DNA of 64,000 nucleotides from Candidatus Nanohaloarchaea archaeon (GTDB taxonomy: Archaea; Nanohalarchaeota; Nanosalinia; Nanosalinales; Nanosalinaceae), in contig CP046106.1 in assembly GCA_013343275.1 (NCBI GenBank), forward strand, positions 768,001 to 832,000, read 5' to 3'. The position numbers were made by a program, and so were the translations under genes. The notes beneath the pieces are model-generated. The model saw only the letters and a program-made list of their open reading frames with translations, searched no databases and was not told the origin of the DNA. Positions 9,791-19,586 of the stretch are shown one piece after another; position 1 is the stretch's first letter, and every line of letters begins with the position of its first letter.

Positions 9791-10540
9791 ATGAGTTCTG
9801 ATGTTTTCAAACCTGTAAACGAGATGCTCTCGGGGGAGAGGGAACTACGTGAATGGGCCGATGAGAACGGCCAGAGAGTAGGAGCCAACGCTGACGAAAT
9901 GTCTGTCGGCGAGATCGATGGTGAGAGATACTTTGTCAAACAGGACCTGCCTGAGGCCGAGAAAGCGGCACACCTTGCTGCAGCGCCACTGATGGAGCAA
10001 CTGGATAGAGCACCGGAGATACTTTACGATACTGAAACAGAAGAGGTAGCAATATCTGAGCTCGGTGAGAATGCCAGGCCTCCTAACTCTGCACTTTTAT
10101 CGGATGAACTTTACAGTCCTGTAGCATCTGTAGATGAAGAATCCTTCTATGAAGTCGCGGCCCAGAGATGGATGCTCGGCGACTCAAACGTATACGACAA
10201 CATGCTGGTTGAATCAGTAAGTCCACGAAGCCTGATGCCTGGAGAAGAAAGAGAAGTATACCTACATGACTTCGACCACGCCGGTAAACACAGCAGTAGA
10301 GGCCGTATAAGAGGATTTAGAGAGGCCTTCGAATATGTGGCAGAAAAACTCGATATAGATTACAGCCACCGCAGACTCAAGAAAGAGATAGGAGAGCTAG
10401 GAGATCAGCTGAATGCTGAGGCCTACGAGCAGAGAGTAGATGAGATGGAGGAAGGCCTGAGAGATGATCTCTACGGTAGAGTCCAGGAGCACAGCCAGAA
10501 AATCGCTGATAATATTCGACGTGCCGAAGAGGTGTTCTAG
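9791..10540 (+). CDS. HipA/PI3-PI4-kinase-like fold protein
   Basis: YFVK (ATP lysine), WMLGDSNVYDNMLV (catalytic-loop-like) and YLHDFDHAG (DFG-like). Confidence 0.55.
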   Translation: MSSDVFKPVNEMLSGERELREWADENGQRVGANADEMSVGEIDGERYFVKQDLPEAEKAAHLAAAPLMEQLDRAPEILYDTETEEVAISELGENARPPNSALLSDELYSPVASVDEESFYEVAAQRWMLGDSNVYDNMLVESVSPRSLMPGEEREVYLHDFDHAGKHSSRGRIRGFREAFEYVAEKLDIDYSHRRLKKEIGELGDQLNAEAYEQRVDEMEEGLRDDLYGRVQEHSQKIADNIRRAEEVF

Positions 10541-11484
10541 ATGGTAGGAACGCCTCAAAGCAAGAAGACACGATTCGGAAAAGTACCGGATTTCTACAAG
10601 GCCAGCAATGAACTGGATGAAGAGGAGGTCGGAGAACTGGTCGAGGATATCGCTGACTATGAAAACGGTGTTTATAGTGGTGCACAGGAAGTAGCACGAG
10701 CGTTCCACGAAGACGATGCGGAGAGATACAACCGTAATCAGATGCTCGTACGTGAAACAGCTAAACAGCAAGTCGATAAACACAGCCAGCCTGACTGGGC
10801 CTGGAGCCTGCTCTCCGTTTACTCTGAGGACATGGGCACCAAACTACTTGACGTCCCGAGCGACGGCTCGAGCAAAGGCCTTCTGGTAGATGAAGAATTT
10901 GAAACAGCATTTCTGTACCCTAAAAAGGCAGACGGGATATCTGCGTAGATCATGTTCGCAGATGGTATGACAACGGTGTAAATGCACAGGATATAGGTTA
11001 TGAACTGCCTGCAGAGGACCTGGTGAGGACAGCACTCGATATAGGAGAAGAAACCGGAGTTCCTGTCCTGGCAATGGATTACAACGCGGATATGGTTATC
11101 GACTCCAAAATAAGCGATTTCATCGAGGAGAATACTGGCCTAGAGCTACAGGACAGGGACAACTGGGTTAAGGACCAGCAACCTTCTAGAAGAGAGTACC
11201 TTGAATCTAAAGAGGTTGAAAACGTAGATGACTGGGTTACAGGCCTCGAATTCCTGATAGACAACGATTACCTGGAGAACTGGGGTGCTGTCGAGTACAG
11301 GAAAGGCAGAGACAATACCGCTATAGATCCTGAAACCGGAGAACGTATAATAGTGGATCTCGGCGAGTACAGGGTTAAAGATGATGAAGACAGCGATGAT
11401 TTCGATCCGGATCCAAATATGTCTTCAAGCTCAATGTCACAGGAACTAACACCTTCAAGGAGCGATTCTCCAGAAGGCTACTAG
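10541..11484 (+). pseudogene. Kinase-like gene split by a -1 frameshift at 10921-10927 (ORFs 10541-10948 and 11023-11484)
   Basis: The second ORF's frame is open back to 10924, overlapping the first ORF at CCT AAA AAG. The joined product has VLAMDY and DNTAID...IIVDLGE kinase-like motifs. Confidence 0.5.
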
Positions 11485-11485
11485 C

Positions 11486-12679
11486 TTACTCCCAGAAACT
11501 TTTCTCCAGCAAGGCCGCTCTATCCTCAAACTCTTCCTTGTCGTGGATAAGTTCCTTGATCTTCTCCTGGCCTTTCGTATAGCCTATCATAACGGCGCCA
11601 ACCAGGCGATCGCCATCGAAGAACAGTCTGCGGTACTCGTCCTCAGAGTACTTCTTCGAAAGGCCTTCACCACTCCAGTCGCCGATCGCAAGGAACTGGA
11701 CATTGAAATGGCCTACACCATAAGTATTCACGTAATCAAACTCTTCATTCTGGCCGAGCATATTCTTCCCTGCTGTTTTTCCCATGGCCTCGCTGTGATC
11801 CCAGGAACCTTTCACAGTCCGCTCCTCGAAGATCGGAGAATAATACTCGACCATGTTTCCTGCCGCATAGATATCATCGTCCGAAGTCTGAAGGTATTCA
11901 TCTGCCTTGATAAGGCCTCTATCAGTCTTCTCCACGTCTACAAGATCAGAGTTAGGAGTCTGACCGATCGCAACTGCCACGTTATCGCAATTGAAGGATT
12001 CTCCTGATTTAGTGACTGCGGCAGTAATTCTGCCGTCTTCAGCCTCTAGATCAGCTACTTCTGTATCTGTAACAATATTAATTCCAAGATCTTCCAACTT
12101 CTCGTGGATAATCTCCGCACCTTCCTGATCGAGGCCTCTGTGCCACCAGCATTCGTCCTTAATCAGGTAATGAGTATCTGCACCGTTCTCGGCAAAAGCA
12201 ACGGCCAGATCAATACCAAGCAAACCGCCACCTATCACAACGGCCTCTTCAGAGCCCTCAGCAGCATTCTTGATGCTCTCAGCGTCATGCATAGTCCACA
12301 TGTAATGCACGTTATCGTAGCCTTCATCAGCAGGAAGTTTCCGCGGTGAACCCCCGGTAGCAACCAAAAGCTTCTCATATGAAAACTCTTCGCCACCTTC
12401 CACCTTCACAACTTTCTCATCCCTGTCAACAGAGGAGGCCCGAGTCTCCAGATGCAGCTCTATATCCCGATCCTCGTACCAGTCCTCGTCATGCACCTGG
12501 GTGTACTGCTTCGGCAAAGTACCTTTCATGAAGTTCTTCAACATAATCCTGTTATACAGGGCCTCATCCTCATCAGTCAGAACTGTAATAGAGGCCTCTT
12601 CGTCTTCGTTTCTAATTGTTTCAGCGGCTGTAGCACCTGCGTTACCGTCTCCGATTATCAGGAATTTCGACTGTTTCAT
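11486..12679 (-). CDS. NAD(P)/FAD-dependent pyridine nucleotide-disulfide oxidoreductase (NADH oxidase/rubredoxin or ferredoxin reductase-like)
   Basis: IIGDGNAG, LLVATGG, VIGGGLLG, AIGQTPN and TSDDDIYAAG; start placed at MKQSK. Confidence 0.88.
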   Translation of the reverse strand: MKQSKFLIIGDGNAGATAAETIRNEDEEASITVLTDEDEALYNRIMLKNFMKGTLPKQYTQVHDEDWYEDRDIELHLETRASSVDRDEKVVKVEGGEEFSYEKLLVATGGSPRKLPADEGYDNVHYMWTMHDAESIKNAAEGSEEAVVIGGGLLGIDLAVAFAENGADTHYLIKDECWWHRGLDQEGAEIIHEKLEDLGINIVTDTEVADLEAEDGRITAAVTKSGESFNCDNVAVAIGQTPNSDLVDVEKTDRGLIKADEYLQTSDDDIYAAGNMVEYYSPIFEERTVKGSWDHSEAMGKTAGKNMLGQNEEFDYVNTYGVGHFNVQFLAIGDWSGEGLSKKYSEDEYRRLFFDGDRLVGAVMIGYTKGQEKIKELIHDKEEFEDRAALLEKSFWE

Positions 12680-12731
12680 ACATGAAAAATCCTGCTTCAA
12701 ACTTTAAACCTGCTTCCAAAAATACTTCTCC

Positions 12732-13478
12732 ATGAACCTGCTGCTGCCGGCCACGATACTCCTTCTCGGAGGCCTGGTAAAAGGCCTCAACGGCTTCGGC
12801 TACGCAGTAGTATCCACAACACTCCTCACCACAGTAATGCCCGCACAGCAAGCCGTAGCAACTATGATAATACCATTGATACTGGCCAACATACAGCTGC
12901 TATCACAGGCAACAGTACAGGAGATAAAGGCCTGCATACAGAGATTCGCTCCCTACCTGATCACATCGATAGCAGGAGTACTGGCAGGAACACTGCTAAT
13001 AGACACGATACCGCAGAAACTGCTCGCAAAGACAATAGGCCTCCTGACACTCCTCTTCGTAGCCTCCAAGATAGATCCCATATCAGATCTTTTTCACACA
13101 GGCCTCGAATTCTGCGCGGAAAACCCCAAGATAGAGCCGCTGCTAGGCCTCTTATCTGGAACAGTATTTGGCACATCAAACATAGGCGTACCCTTCATCG
13201 CATACTTCCAGCAAATAGGCCTAGAAAAGAAAAAGTTCGCAACAATGATCGCACTCACAGTACTACTCACCTCAGCAATCAGAATACCTCTCTCCGCATA
13301 CCTAGGAATGTACTCAGGCCCACAGAACATAATAATCTCGGCCCTACTAGCAATACCAGGACTAGCAGGAGTATACACCGGAGAAAAACTCTCAGAGAAA
13401 CTACCGGACAGACACATCTACAGGGCCTCACTGCTGCTTATGACAGTCATAGGGTTCAAACTTCTCGGGACCTTTTAG
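12732..13478 (+). CDS. TauE/SafE family membrane transporter
   Basis: GGLVKGLNGFGYA, about 8 hydrophobic helices and GLLSGTVFG repeat. Confidence 0.85.
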   Translation: MNLLLPATILLLGGLVKGLNGFGYAVVSTTLLTTVMPAQQAVATMIIPLILANIQLLSQATVQEIKACIQRFAPYLITSIAGVLAGTLLIDTIPQKLLAKTIGLLTLLFVASKIDPISDLFHTGLEFCAENPKIEPLLGLLSGTVFGTSNIGVPFIAYFQQIGLEKKKFATMIALTVLLTSAIRIPLSAYLGMYSGPQNIIISALLAIPGLAGVYTGEKLSEKLPDRHIYRASLLLMTVIGFKLLGTF

Positions 13479-13625
13479 TGTGGACTGCATCCGGCTGAAA
13501 ATCTCGCTACATAAGGTGTTAAAAAATTCACTGTCTACTTAGTTTCTACGTTCCTACCAACACATGTTGGTAAATCAAGGGTACGAAGATCGGTTTGATC
13601 TTCTGACCTCGGCAAGTACATATTT

Positions 13626-13700
13626 GCGGAGCTGGTGTAGTCTGGCCCATCATTTCACCCTGTCACGGTGAAGACGCGGGTTCAAATCCCGCGCTCCGCG
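13626..13700 (+). tRNA. tRNA-Asp(GTC)
   Basis: Acceptor GCGGAGC/GCTCCGC, anticodon arm TCACC-CTGTCAC-GGTGA and T-loop TTCAAAT; CCA not encoded. Confidence 0.96.
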
Positions 13701-13721
13701 CTCTAACGTTTTCTAAAAGCT

Positions 13722-14006
13722 TTAAATATTATAAAATGCTTTTATACTCTTTTTTTTTGGCCTTGGTCTAATTTTGTTTGATGGATAGAAATTGCCATCG
13801 CCGGCGAATATTCTGCATAGCTCGCCTATTACTTCTTCATCTTTGGGGATCTGAAGGGAGTTTTCTTTCTGCTTCTGACCGGCCTCTTTCCTGAAGTGGT
13901 AGTAGACAGTCGACTTTGGAAGGTCTAGTCTTTCCTTTATAGAGTTGACAGAATCTCCTTGTACAGCAAGAGATTTTATCTCATTAATCTGGCTCTCTGA
14001 GGCCAT
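13722..14006 (-). pseudogene. Truncated HTH plus LAGLIDADG-like endonuclease remnant
   Basis: HTH-like SVNSIKERLDLPKSTVYYH, then GELCRIFAGDGNF (LAGLIDADG-like), then an abrupt low-complexity end. Confidence 0.5.
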
Positions 14007-14093
14007 TAAAACTGTTATTGTCTTCTACAGGTTTAATGTTGGCGACTGCACAGGACCACGCAAAGTAATTAAAACAAGCATGAATCAACCAAT

Positions 14094-16199
14094 ATGTATA
14101 TGATCGTAGGCGGTTACCAGATCAGCAATATTCTAATCGCGGCCCTTCTTGTATCTTCAGTAGCAGGACTAGGAGTATCGACAGATTCCTTCTCAGGTAT
14201 AACTGATTCAATGTCCAATATACTGCCCACAGGCTCTGTGGATTCTGGCAACCAGACAGATCAGAACAATACCAACAGCCAGGGAGATTCAGATCAAAAT
14301 ACGGGAGGCCAGGACTCTGATCAAAACAACCAAGGTTCGGGAGATGGTTCTTCTGGAGATAATACTGATACAGGCCAAAATACTGGATCAGATAATGATA
14401 CTGGAACCGGAACTCCTACTGACGGCAATAATACGCAGGATGTAGTTAACGAGACAGAACAAACTGTAAACGAGACAACAGGAAACCAGACAGATGGGAC
14501 TGTAACCAATGAGACAGAACAAACTACGGGGGATAATCAGACAACTACTGATGGAAACGAGACCAACACGGATACTTCTGATCATATTAGCTTCTTCGAG
14601 CCGTCAGAAGGCTACGAACTAAATACTTCATCTCTTCCTGCATCTTTCTCCTTGCTAGCTTCTATTAGCGCCTCCAATGCCAGTTACGAAGTTAGAATGG
14701 AGGGTTCCATCCGTTTATCAGGGCAATTAGATGGTGATAAAACGCTGGATAAAAGCTTGCAGGTAGACTCTGAAGGACAGCACACCTTAGATATAATTTT
14801 GTTCAAAGATGGAAGTCAGCTAGCGAAGGAATCTCGAACGTTTACCGTAAACCTTGATGGCAGCTCAACAACCACAACAGGGTTCTACATTCCTGGCAAT
14901 CTAACGGCTGAAGAATATTCTACTCTAACCTTATACGATGAAAACGGAAATACTGTAAGCGGCAAGACAATATATCTTGACGGCAGCAGCATAGGAGAAA
15001 CAGACCAATACGGCCAACTAGAGTTCCTAGTACCTAACAAGCAAGAAATAACACTATCTACAGATTCGAGACAGAAAACATATCAGGTACATAACTACAC
15101 TGATTCAAGTATTGATCTGTCTCTTAGTTTCGCTAAAAAAGTATATCAGGGCAGAACTAACACTCTTACAGTAACAAATAATGGAGCGGCTGTTGAGAGC
15201 GCAGAAGTATACGCTAATGGTGTTCCAAAAGGTTCTACGAACTCTAGTGGTCAAGTCAAGTTCACTATACCAGAAGAAAGCTCGATTACAATTAAAGTAA
15301 ATAAGAATGGATCTTCTGATGATGAGACATTTACAGCAGAAGTACCTCCTATAGATGTGACGTTCTTGAACCCTGATAAAGGAGAGAGTATAGAGGACTA
15401 CAAACTGGAGTTCGACTTCAATGTCGAGCTTACTGAGTCAGGAACTGTAACTTTATCTGTAGAAGGATCACAAGTTCTCCAAAAGAGCTTAGGCGCTGGT
15501 AAGACTAAAATAACAAAAAAGATGGAATTTGTAAATTCTGGGACAAGACAGTACACTGTAACAGTAGACACATCATCCGAAACAAGAACTCATTCGAGAG
15601 AATTCACTACAACGCAAGACATGCCGCCTATAGATATCAATATTACTTCTCCAAATTCAGGTGAATCTATCAGCAACTACAAAACGACTGTTGATTACAG
15701 TATAAGATCTCCAGAAAGCTTCGACTACAAAGTGACTGTAGATGGAAGAGAACTAGTTGATCTAGGTTATCCGGATGGCCAGCTTTCCAAGACAACGCAG
15801 GCTAACTGTCTAGATTCAGGATCACACACTTTGACTGTAGAGGCGACAGGAGATCAGAGAGGAACTACCTACTCCGAATCCGTACAGTTTGACACTACTG
15901 AATCACACCCAATAGCTGACATGGTTATAAGTGGTCCTTCAGAAGGAGAAACGGTCAGTTCGCCGTTCTCGGTTAACTACACTGTCTTCACTTGCACAAG
16001 CATGAGTTTCGAATCAAGAATAGAACAAAGCGGCAGCACAGTCAAGACAGTACAGGGAGGAGGACAAACCCTAGGCGCTTACTCCTACATCAGATCCCCG
16101 ACAACAGAGTACGACCTTAGCTCAGGAAGCTACAGTCTGGTGCTCGAAGCCAATGCTGGAAGCACACTGACAAAATCAAACTCATTCGAGGTGAATTAG
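14094..16199 (+). CDS. Surface protein A1: N-terminal hydrophobic anchor/signal, D/N/T/Q-rich stalk, Ig-like repeats
   Basis: Hydrophobic N-terminus, low-complexity linker, repeated GxT(D/N)xxG beta modules; paralog of 19587-22160. Confidence 0.8.
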   Translation: MYMIVGGYQISNILIAALLVSSVAGLGVSTDSFSGITDSMSNILPTGSVDSGNQTDQNNTNSQGDSDQNTGGQDSDQNNQGSGDGSSGDNTDTGQNTGSDNDTGTGTPTDGNNTQDVVNETEQTVNETTGNQTDGTVTNETEQTTGDNQTTTDGNETNTDTSDHISFFEPSEGYELNTSSLPASFSLLASISASNASYEVRMEGSIRLSGQLDGDKTLDKSLQVDSEGQHTLDIILFKDGSQLAKESRTFTVNLDGSSTTTTGFYIPGNLTAEEYSTLTLYDENGNTVSGKTIYLDGSSIGETDQYGQLEFLVPNKQEITLSTDSRQKTYQVHNYTDSSIDLSLSFAKKVYQGRTNTLTVTNNGAAVESAEVYANGVPKGSTNSSGQVKFTIPEESSITIKVNKNGSSDDETFTAEVPPIDVTFLNPDKGESIEDYKLEFDFNVELTESGTVTLSVEGSQVLQKSLGAGKTKITKKMEFVNSGTRQYTVTVDTSSETRTHSREFTTTQDMPPIDINITSPNSGESISNYKTTVDYSIRSPESFDYKVTVDGRELVDLGYPDGQLSKTTQANCLDSGSHTLTVEATGDQRGTTYSESVQFDTTESHPIADMVISGPSEGETVSSPFSVNYTVFTCTSMSFESRIEQSGSTVKTVQGGGQTLGAYSYIRSPTTEYDLSSGSYSLVLEANAGSTLTKSNSFEVN

Positions 16200-16205
16200 T
16201 TTCCG

Positions 16206-19200
16206 ATGAGCAGTATCAGAAAGTTAAGTATTTTTCTTATTCTTCTGCTTGTTTCTTCATCTCTTGCTTCATCGGCTTTAATTGATAGGGATTCTTGGGA
16301 GTGTACTAATGAGGGCTGGAGCTTCTCTGAGAACACTGGAGACTCTGGAGACTGGGGCTGGAACTCTTGTTCCACTAACTATGTGACCTACGGTAGCTAC
16401 TCTGCTAGAATGGGGTCGATGGTAGGAAGCGGTAGTACTTATGGAGATAGCGTGGCTTCGGGGACATGGGGCCAGATATACAAGACTTTCGACCTCACAA
16501 ATGTTAACCAGATTACTTTCGATATCAGGACTCGATGGAACAGCAGAGCGACTGTAGATGTTATAGTAGGAGGTAACACTCTTTGGAGTAAAGGCGGATG
16601 CGGATATACTTGTACCTATACAGACCAAACTATAGATGTTTCAGGATATTCTGGCAATACACAAATTAAGATAAGACAAACTTCTACTACGTCCAACTAT
16701 GATTACTGGTATGCTGTGGATAACTGGAGAGTACAAGGTAATACTAACTCAGCCCCTTATGCTCCTTCCAGCCCTAACCCAAATAATGGTGCCTCGGATG
16801 TCTCCACTTCTCCCTCCATCTCCGCTTACTATAATGACCCGGATGGAGACTCAGGTACTCTTTACTACTATACTGGGGGAGGCAGTTTTATTGATTCGTG
16901 CGGAGTTTCAGACGGATCTCGCTGTAGTGTAACATATAGTGGAGCAAGTAGTTCTGGTACTACTTATGACTGGTATGCTGTAGCTGATGATGGTTCAGCC
17001 AGTACATCATCTAGCACTTGGAGCTTCACGACCAACTATGCGCCTAGCGCGCCATCGAACCCTTCTCCTAACAACGGGCAGGATACGGTTTCTACTAGCC
17101 CTACTCTTAGTGTAGATGTTAGTGATCCAGATGGAGATAGTATGGATGTAAGGTTCTATGACGGTAATGGGGACTTGATTGGTACTGATACAAGCGTAGG
17201 TAGCGGGTATACTGCATCTGTTACTTGGAGCGGTCTTAGTACGGGTACTACTTATGACTGGTATGCTGTGGCTGATGATGGTCCAGAAACTACTTCATCT
17301 AGTACTTGGAGTTTTACTACAGTCCATAAGCCAAATCAACCGTTTAATCCAGCGCCGTTTGATGGGGAGAATGATGTTTCAACGTCTCATAATCTTTATG
17401 TTGATGTTAGTCATCCTGATGGCCTGAGTATGGATGTAGATTTCTATATAGATGATGGTGGTGGTTTCACATATGTTGGAACAGATACAGGTGTTTCTGA
17501 CGGTGGTAGGGCTTCGATTAACCCTTCGTTAAGTACGGGAGGTGGTTATAATTGGTATGCTGTTGCGAAAGCTCAGGGTCATTCGCGCCAAAGCCCTACA
17601 TGGGGTTTCTCCACAAATGATATTCCTTCAGTAGATAGTGTCTCAAAGACAGATTCATCAAATAACCATGCTTTTAGCAGTGTTACAGCTATGGTCAGAG
17701 ACTCTGATGGACAGGGGGATATCTCTTCTGCAACTTTAACTGTTGATGATGCTGATGGTAATACACAGAGCTATTCAGGAACTATTGATACTTCTGCAGG
17801 AGGATCTAATGAGGCGCGAGTGAGCTTCGGATCTGTTAGCTACTCTGATAATGCTGGGTGGGGAGGAAATGAACAGGTACAGCTAGATGTACAGGTAACA
17901 GATACTCATAGTAGAACGGCAACAGGTTCATCCTTAGCTCGATTCCCTAACCATGCACCTACTATTTCATCTGGCTACAGTTATAGTGATGATGCCCAGA
18001 ACCATGCTTTTACTTTGAGTATTGATGCGCAGGATGTGGATGCAGGAGGTAGCGAAATCACAAGTTGCACTGTATCTCATAATGATGGTGACGGTAATTC
18101 GTACACGAGTAGTGGAAGTCTTGTACAGGCCGAAACTGCCACATGCAGCTTCACCATTTCAGCCAGTTCCTTCACAGGCTATACCAAAGGAGAAGTCATT
18201 AATCATCAGGTAACTTTCACTGATAGGCACGGCGCAACAGTAATCTCGTCTTCAGGACAGCATAGAATCCCTAACAGCGCTCCTACAGCTACTAATCTCC
18301 AGCCTTCTGGTAGTGAAGTGCAGTATGGCCCTACTTTGAATGCTACCTATAATGATGCTGATGGAGATGTAGGTAATCTGACGTTCTACAATACTAGCAG
18401 TGGCAATGTTATTGGCAAGGTTACAGGTCTCTCTCCGGGACAGCAGGGTAGTATGCAGTGGAGTAGTGCAGATACTCCTGGTACAACTTACAACTTCACT
18501 GTAAAAGCGTTCGATGGGGTAAATGCCACGAATACTACTGAGAACTTCACAACTATCTATGAACCGAAGGAGCCTTATGATCCGTGGCCGACGAACCAGT
18601 CGACGGTAGATACTACGACTAGAACGGATGATGAGATAGCTGCAAGTGTTAAGGTTGTACATCCTGATGGACGTGATATGCATGTTCAGTTTGTGAATGC
18701 GTCTAATGATCAGATTATGGAAATTGATTATGGTGTTGCATCAGGTACTAGGGCCAAGATCACCAACATCGGTAACAAGCTACGTGACAAGACAAACACT
18801 ACCTACAACTGGTATGCTGTATCAAAAGATACGGGAACTGGTGAAAAGACTCGTAGCAGCCTCTTCACGTTTGATACTGTCGAAGTCGGTGATGTTATGT
18901 TTGATGTGATGCAGGGCCGTAATGAGAACATGGATATTACCGGTAACTCTGACAATGGTTACCGGAAGATCAAGTTCGAGATCACTTCAACACAGATGGA
19001 TCCTATTCCAAAAGTTACAGTCAATGAGACCTCTACAGGTGATCTGATTAAGTCGTGGACGGATGTTGCTAACAACTCTGTCTTGACTGTTGACCTGGTG
19101 CAGGATGGGGGCCAGGAATGGAACCTGAATACTGACAGTCAGTATCAGTGGTTTGTTGAGGCTAGTGAGGGGCCTAACATCCTTGGTCAGAGCTTGAATT

Positions 19201-19487
19201 ATACGATATACACCTATAACGTAACTCTTGACTGGGATCGTGCGGAGAAGTACTACAATGTCTACCAATACGATATTTACCGCGCTCAGGACACTGGTGG
19301 CAATCTGGTATTCAACTACGGCAGTGGAGATTATGATGTGGTTGGTTCTCTTCCGGAGACCAGCTTCAATGACTCGGGTCCTGGATTGAGTACTGGTACT
19401 TTCTGCTGGAAGGTAGCAGCCTCCAATCCGACAGGTAGTAGCCCGGCAATACCTTCAGGAGAAGGCAACTGTAAGACACTCAACTAA
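16206..19487 (+). CDS. Secreted adhesin-like protein B1: Cys/Trp-rich head, DxDGD Ig/FN3-like repeats, C-terminal FN3
   Basis: Signal peptide, repeated PxDGD...WYAVADDG...WSFTT modules and many N-x-S/T sites; paralog of 22160-26347. Confidence 0.8.
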   Translation: MSSIRKLSIFLILLLVSSSLASSALIDRDSWECTNEGWSFSENTGDSGDWGWNSCSTNYVTYGSYSARMGSMVGSGSTYGDSVASGTWGQIYKTFDLTNVNQITFDIRTRWNSRATVDVIVGGNTLWSKGGCGYTCTYTDQTIDVSGYSGNTQIKIRQTSTTSNYDYWYAVDNWRVQGNTNSAPYAPSSPNPNNGASDVSTSPSISAYYNDPDGDSGTLYYYTGGGSFIDSCGVSDGSRCSVTYSGASSSGTTYDWYAVADDGSASTSSSTWSFTTNYAPSAPSNPSPNNGQDTVSTSPTLSVDVSDPDGDSMDVRFYDGNGDLIGTDTSVGSGYTASVTWSGLSTGTTYDWYAVADDGPETTSSSTWSFTTVHKPNQPFNPAPFDGENDVSTSHNLYVDVSHPDGLSMDVDFYIDDGGGFTYVGTDTGVSDGGRASINPSLSTGGGYNWYAVAKAQGHSRQSPTWGFSTNDIPSVDSVSKTDSSNNHAFSSVTAMVRDSDGQGDISSATLTVDDADGNTQSYSGTIDTSAGGSNEARVSFGSVSYSDNAGWGGNEQVQLDVQVTDTHSRTATGSSLARFPNHAPTISSGYSYSDDAQNHAFTLSIDAQDVDAGGSEITSCTVSHNDGDGNSYTSSGSLVQAETATCSFTISASSFTGYTKGEVINHQVTFTDRHGATVISSSGQHRIPNSAPTATNLQPSGSEVQYGPTLNATYNDADGDVGNLTFYNTSSGNVIGKVTGLSPGQQGSMQWSSADTPGTTYNFTVKAFDGVNATNTTENFTTIYEPKEPYDPWPTNQSTVDTTTRTDDEIAASVKVVHPDGRDMHVQFVNASNDQIMEIDYGVASGTRAKITNIGNKLRDKTNTTYNWYAVSKDTGTGEKTRSSLFTFDTVEVGDVMFDVMQGRNENMDITGNSDNGYRKIKFEITSTQMDPIPKVTVNETSTGDLIKSWTDVANNSVLTVDLVQDGGQEWNLNTDSQYQWFVEASEGPNILGQSLNYTIYTYNVTLDWDRAEKYYNVYQYDIYRAQDTGGNLVFNYGSGDYDVVGSLPETSFNDSGPGLSTGTFCWKVAASNPTGSSPAIPSGEGNCKTLN
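16956..17318 (+). repeat. Near-identical intragenic direct repeat (about 16956-17029 and 17245-17318)
   Basis: GGTACTACTTATGACTGGTATGCTGT(A/G)GCTGATGATGGT...TCATCTAG(C/T)ACTTGGAG occurs twice and encodes GTTYDWYAVADDG...SSTWSFTT. Confidence 0.8.
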
Positions 19488-19586
19488 CTACGCAAACCTC
19501 TCTATTTCTTTGTCCTTATACATGCTGATACCTTGATATTTTGGCCCTAGAAGCCTTATAACTGGATAATTCTCATTCAAAGATAA

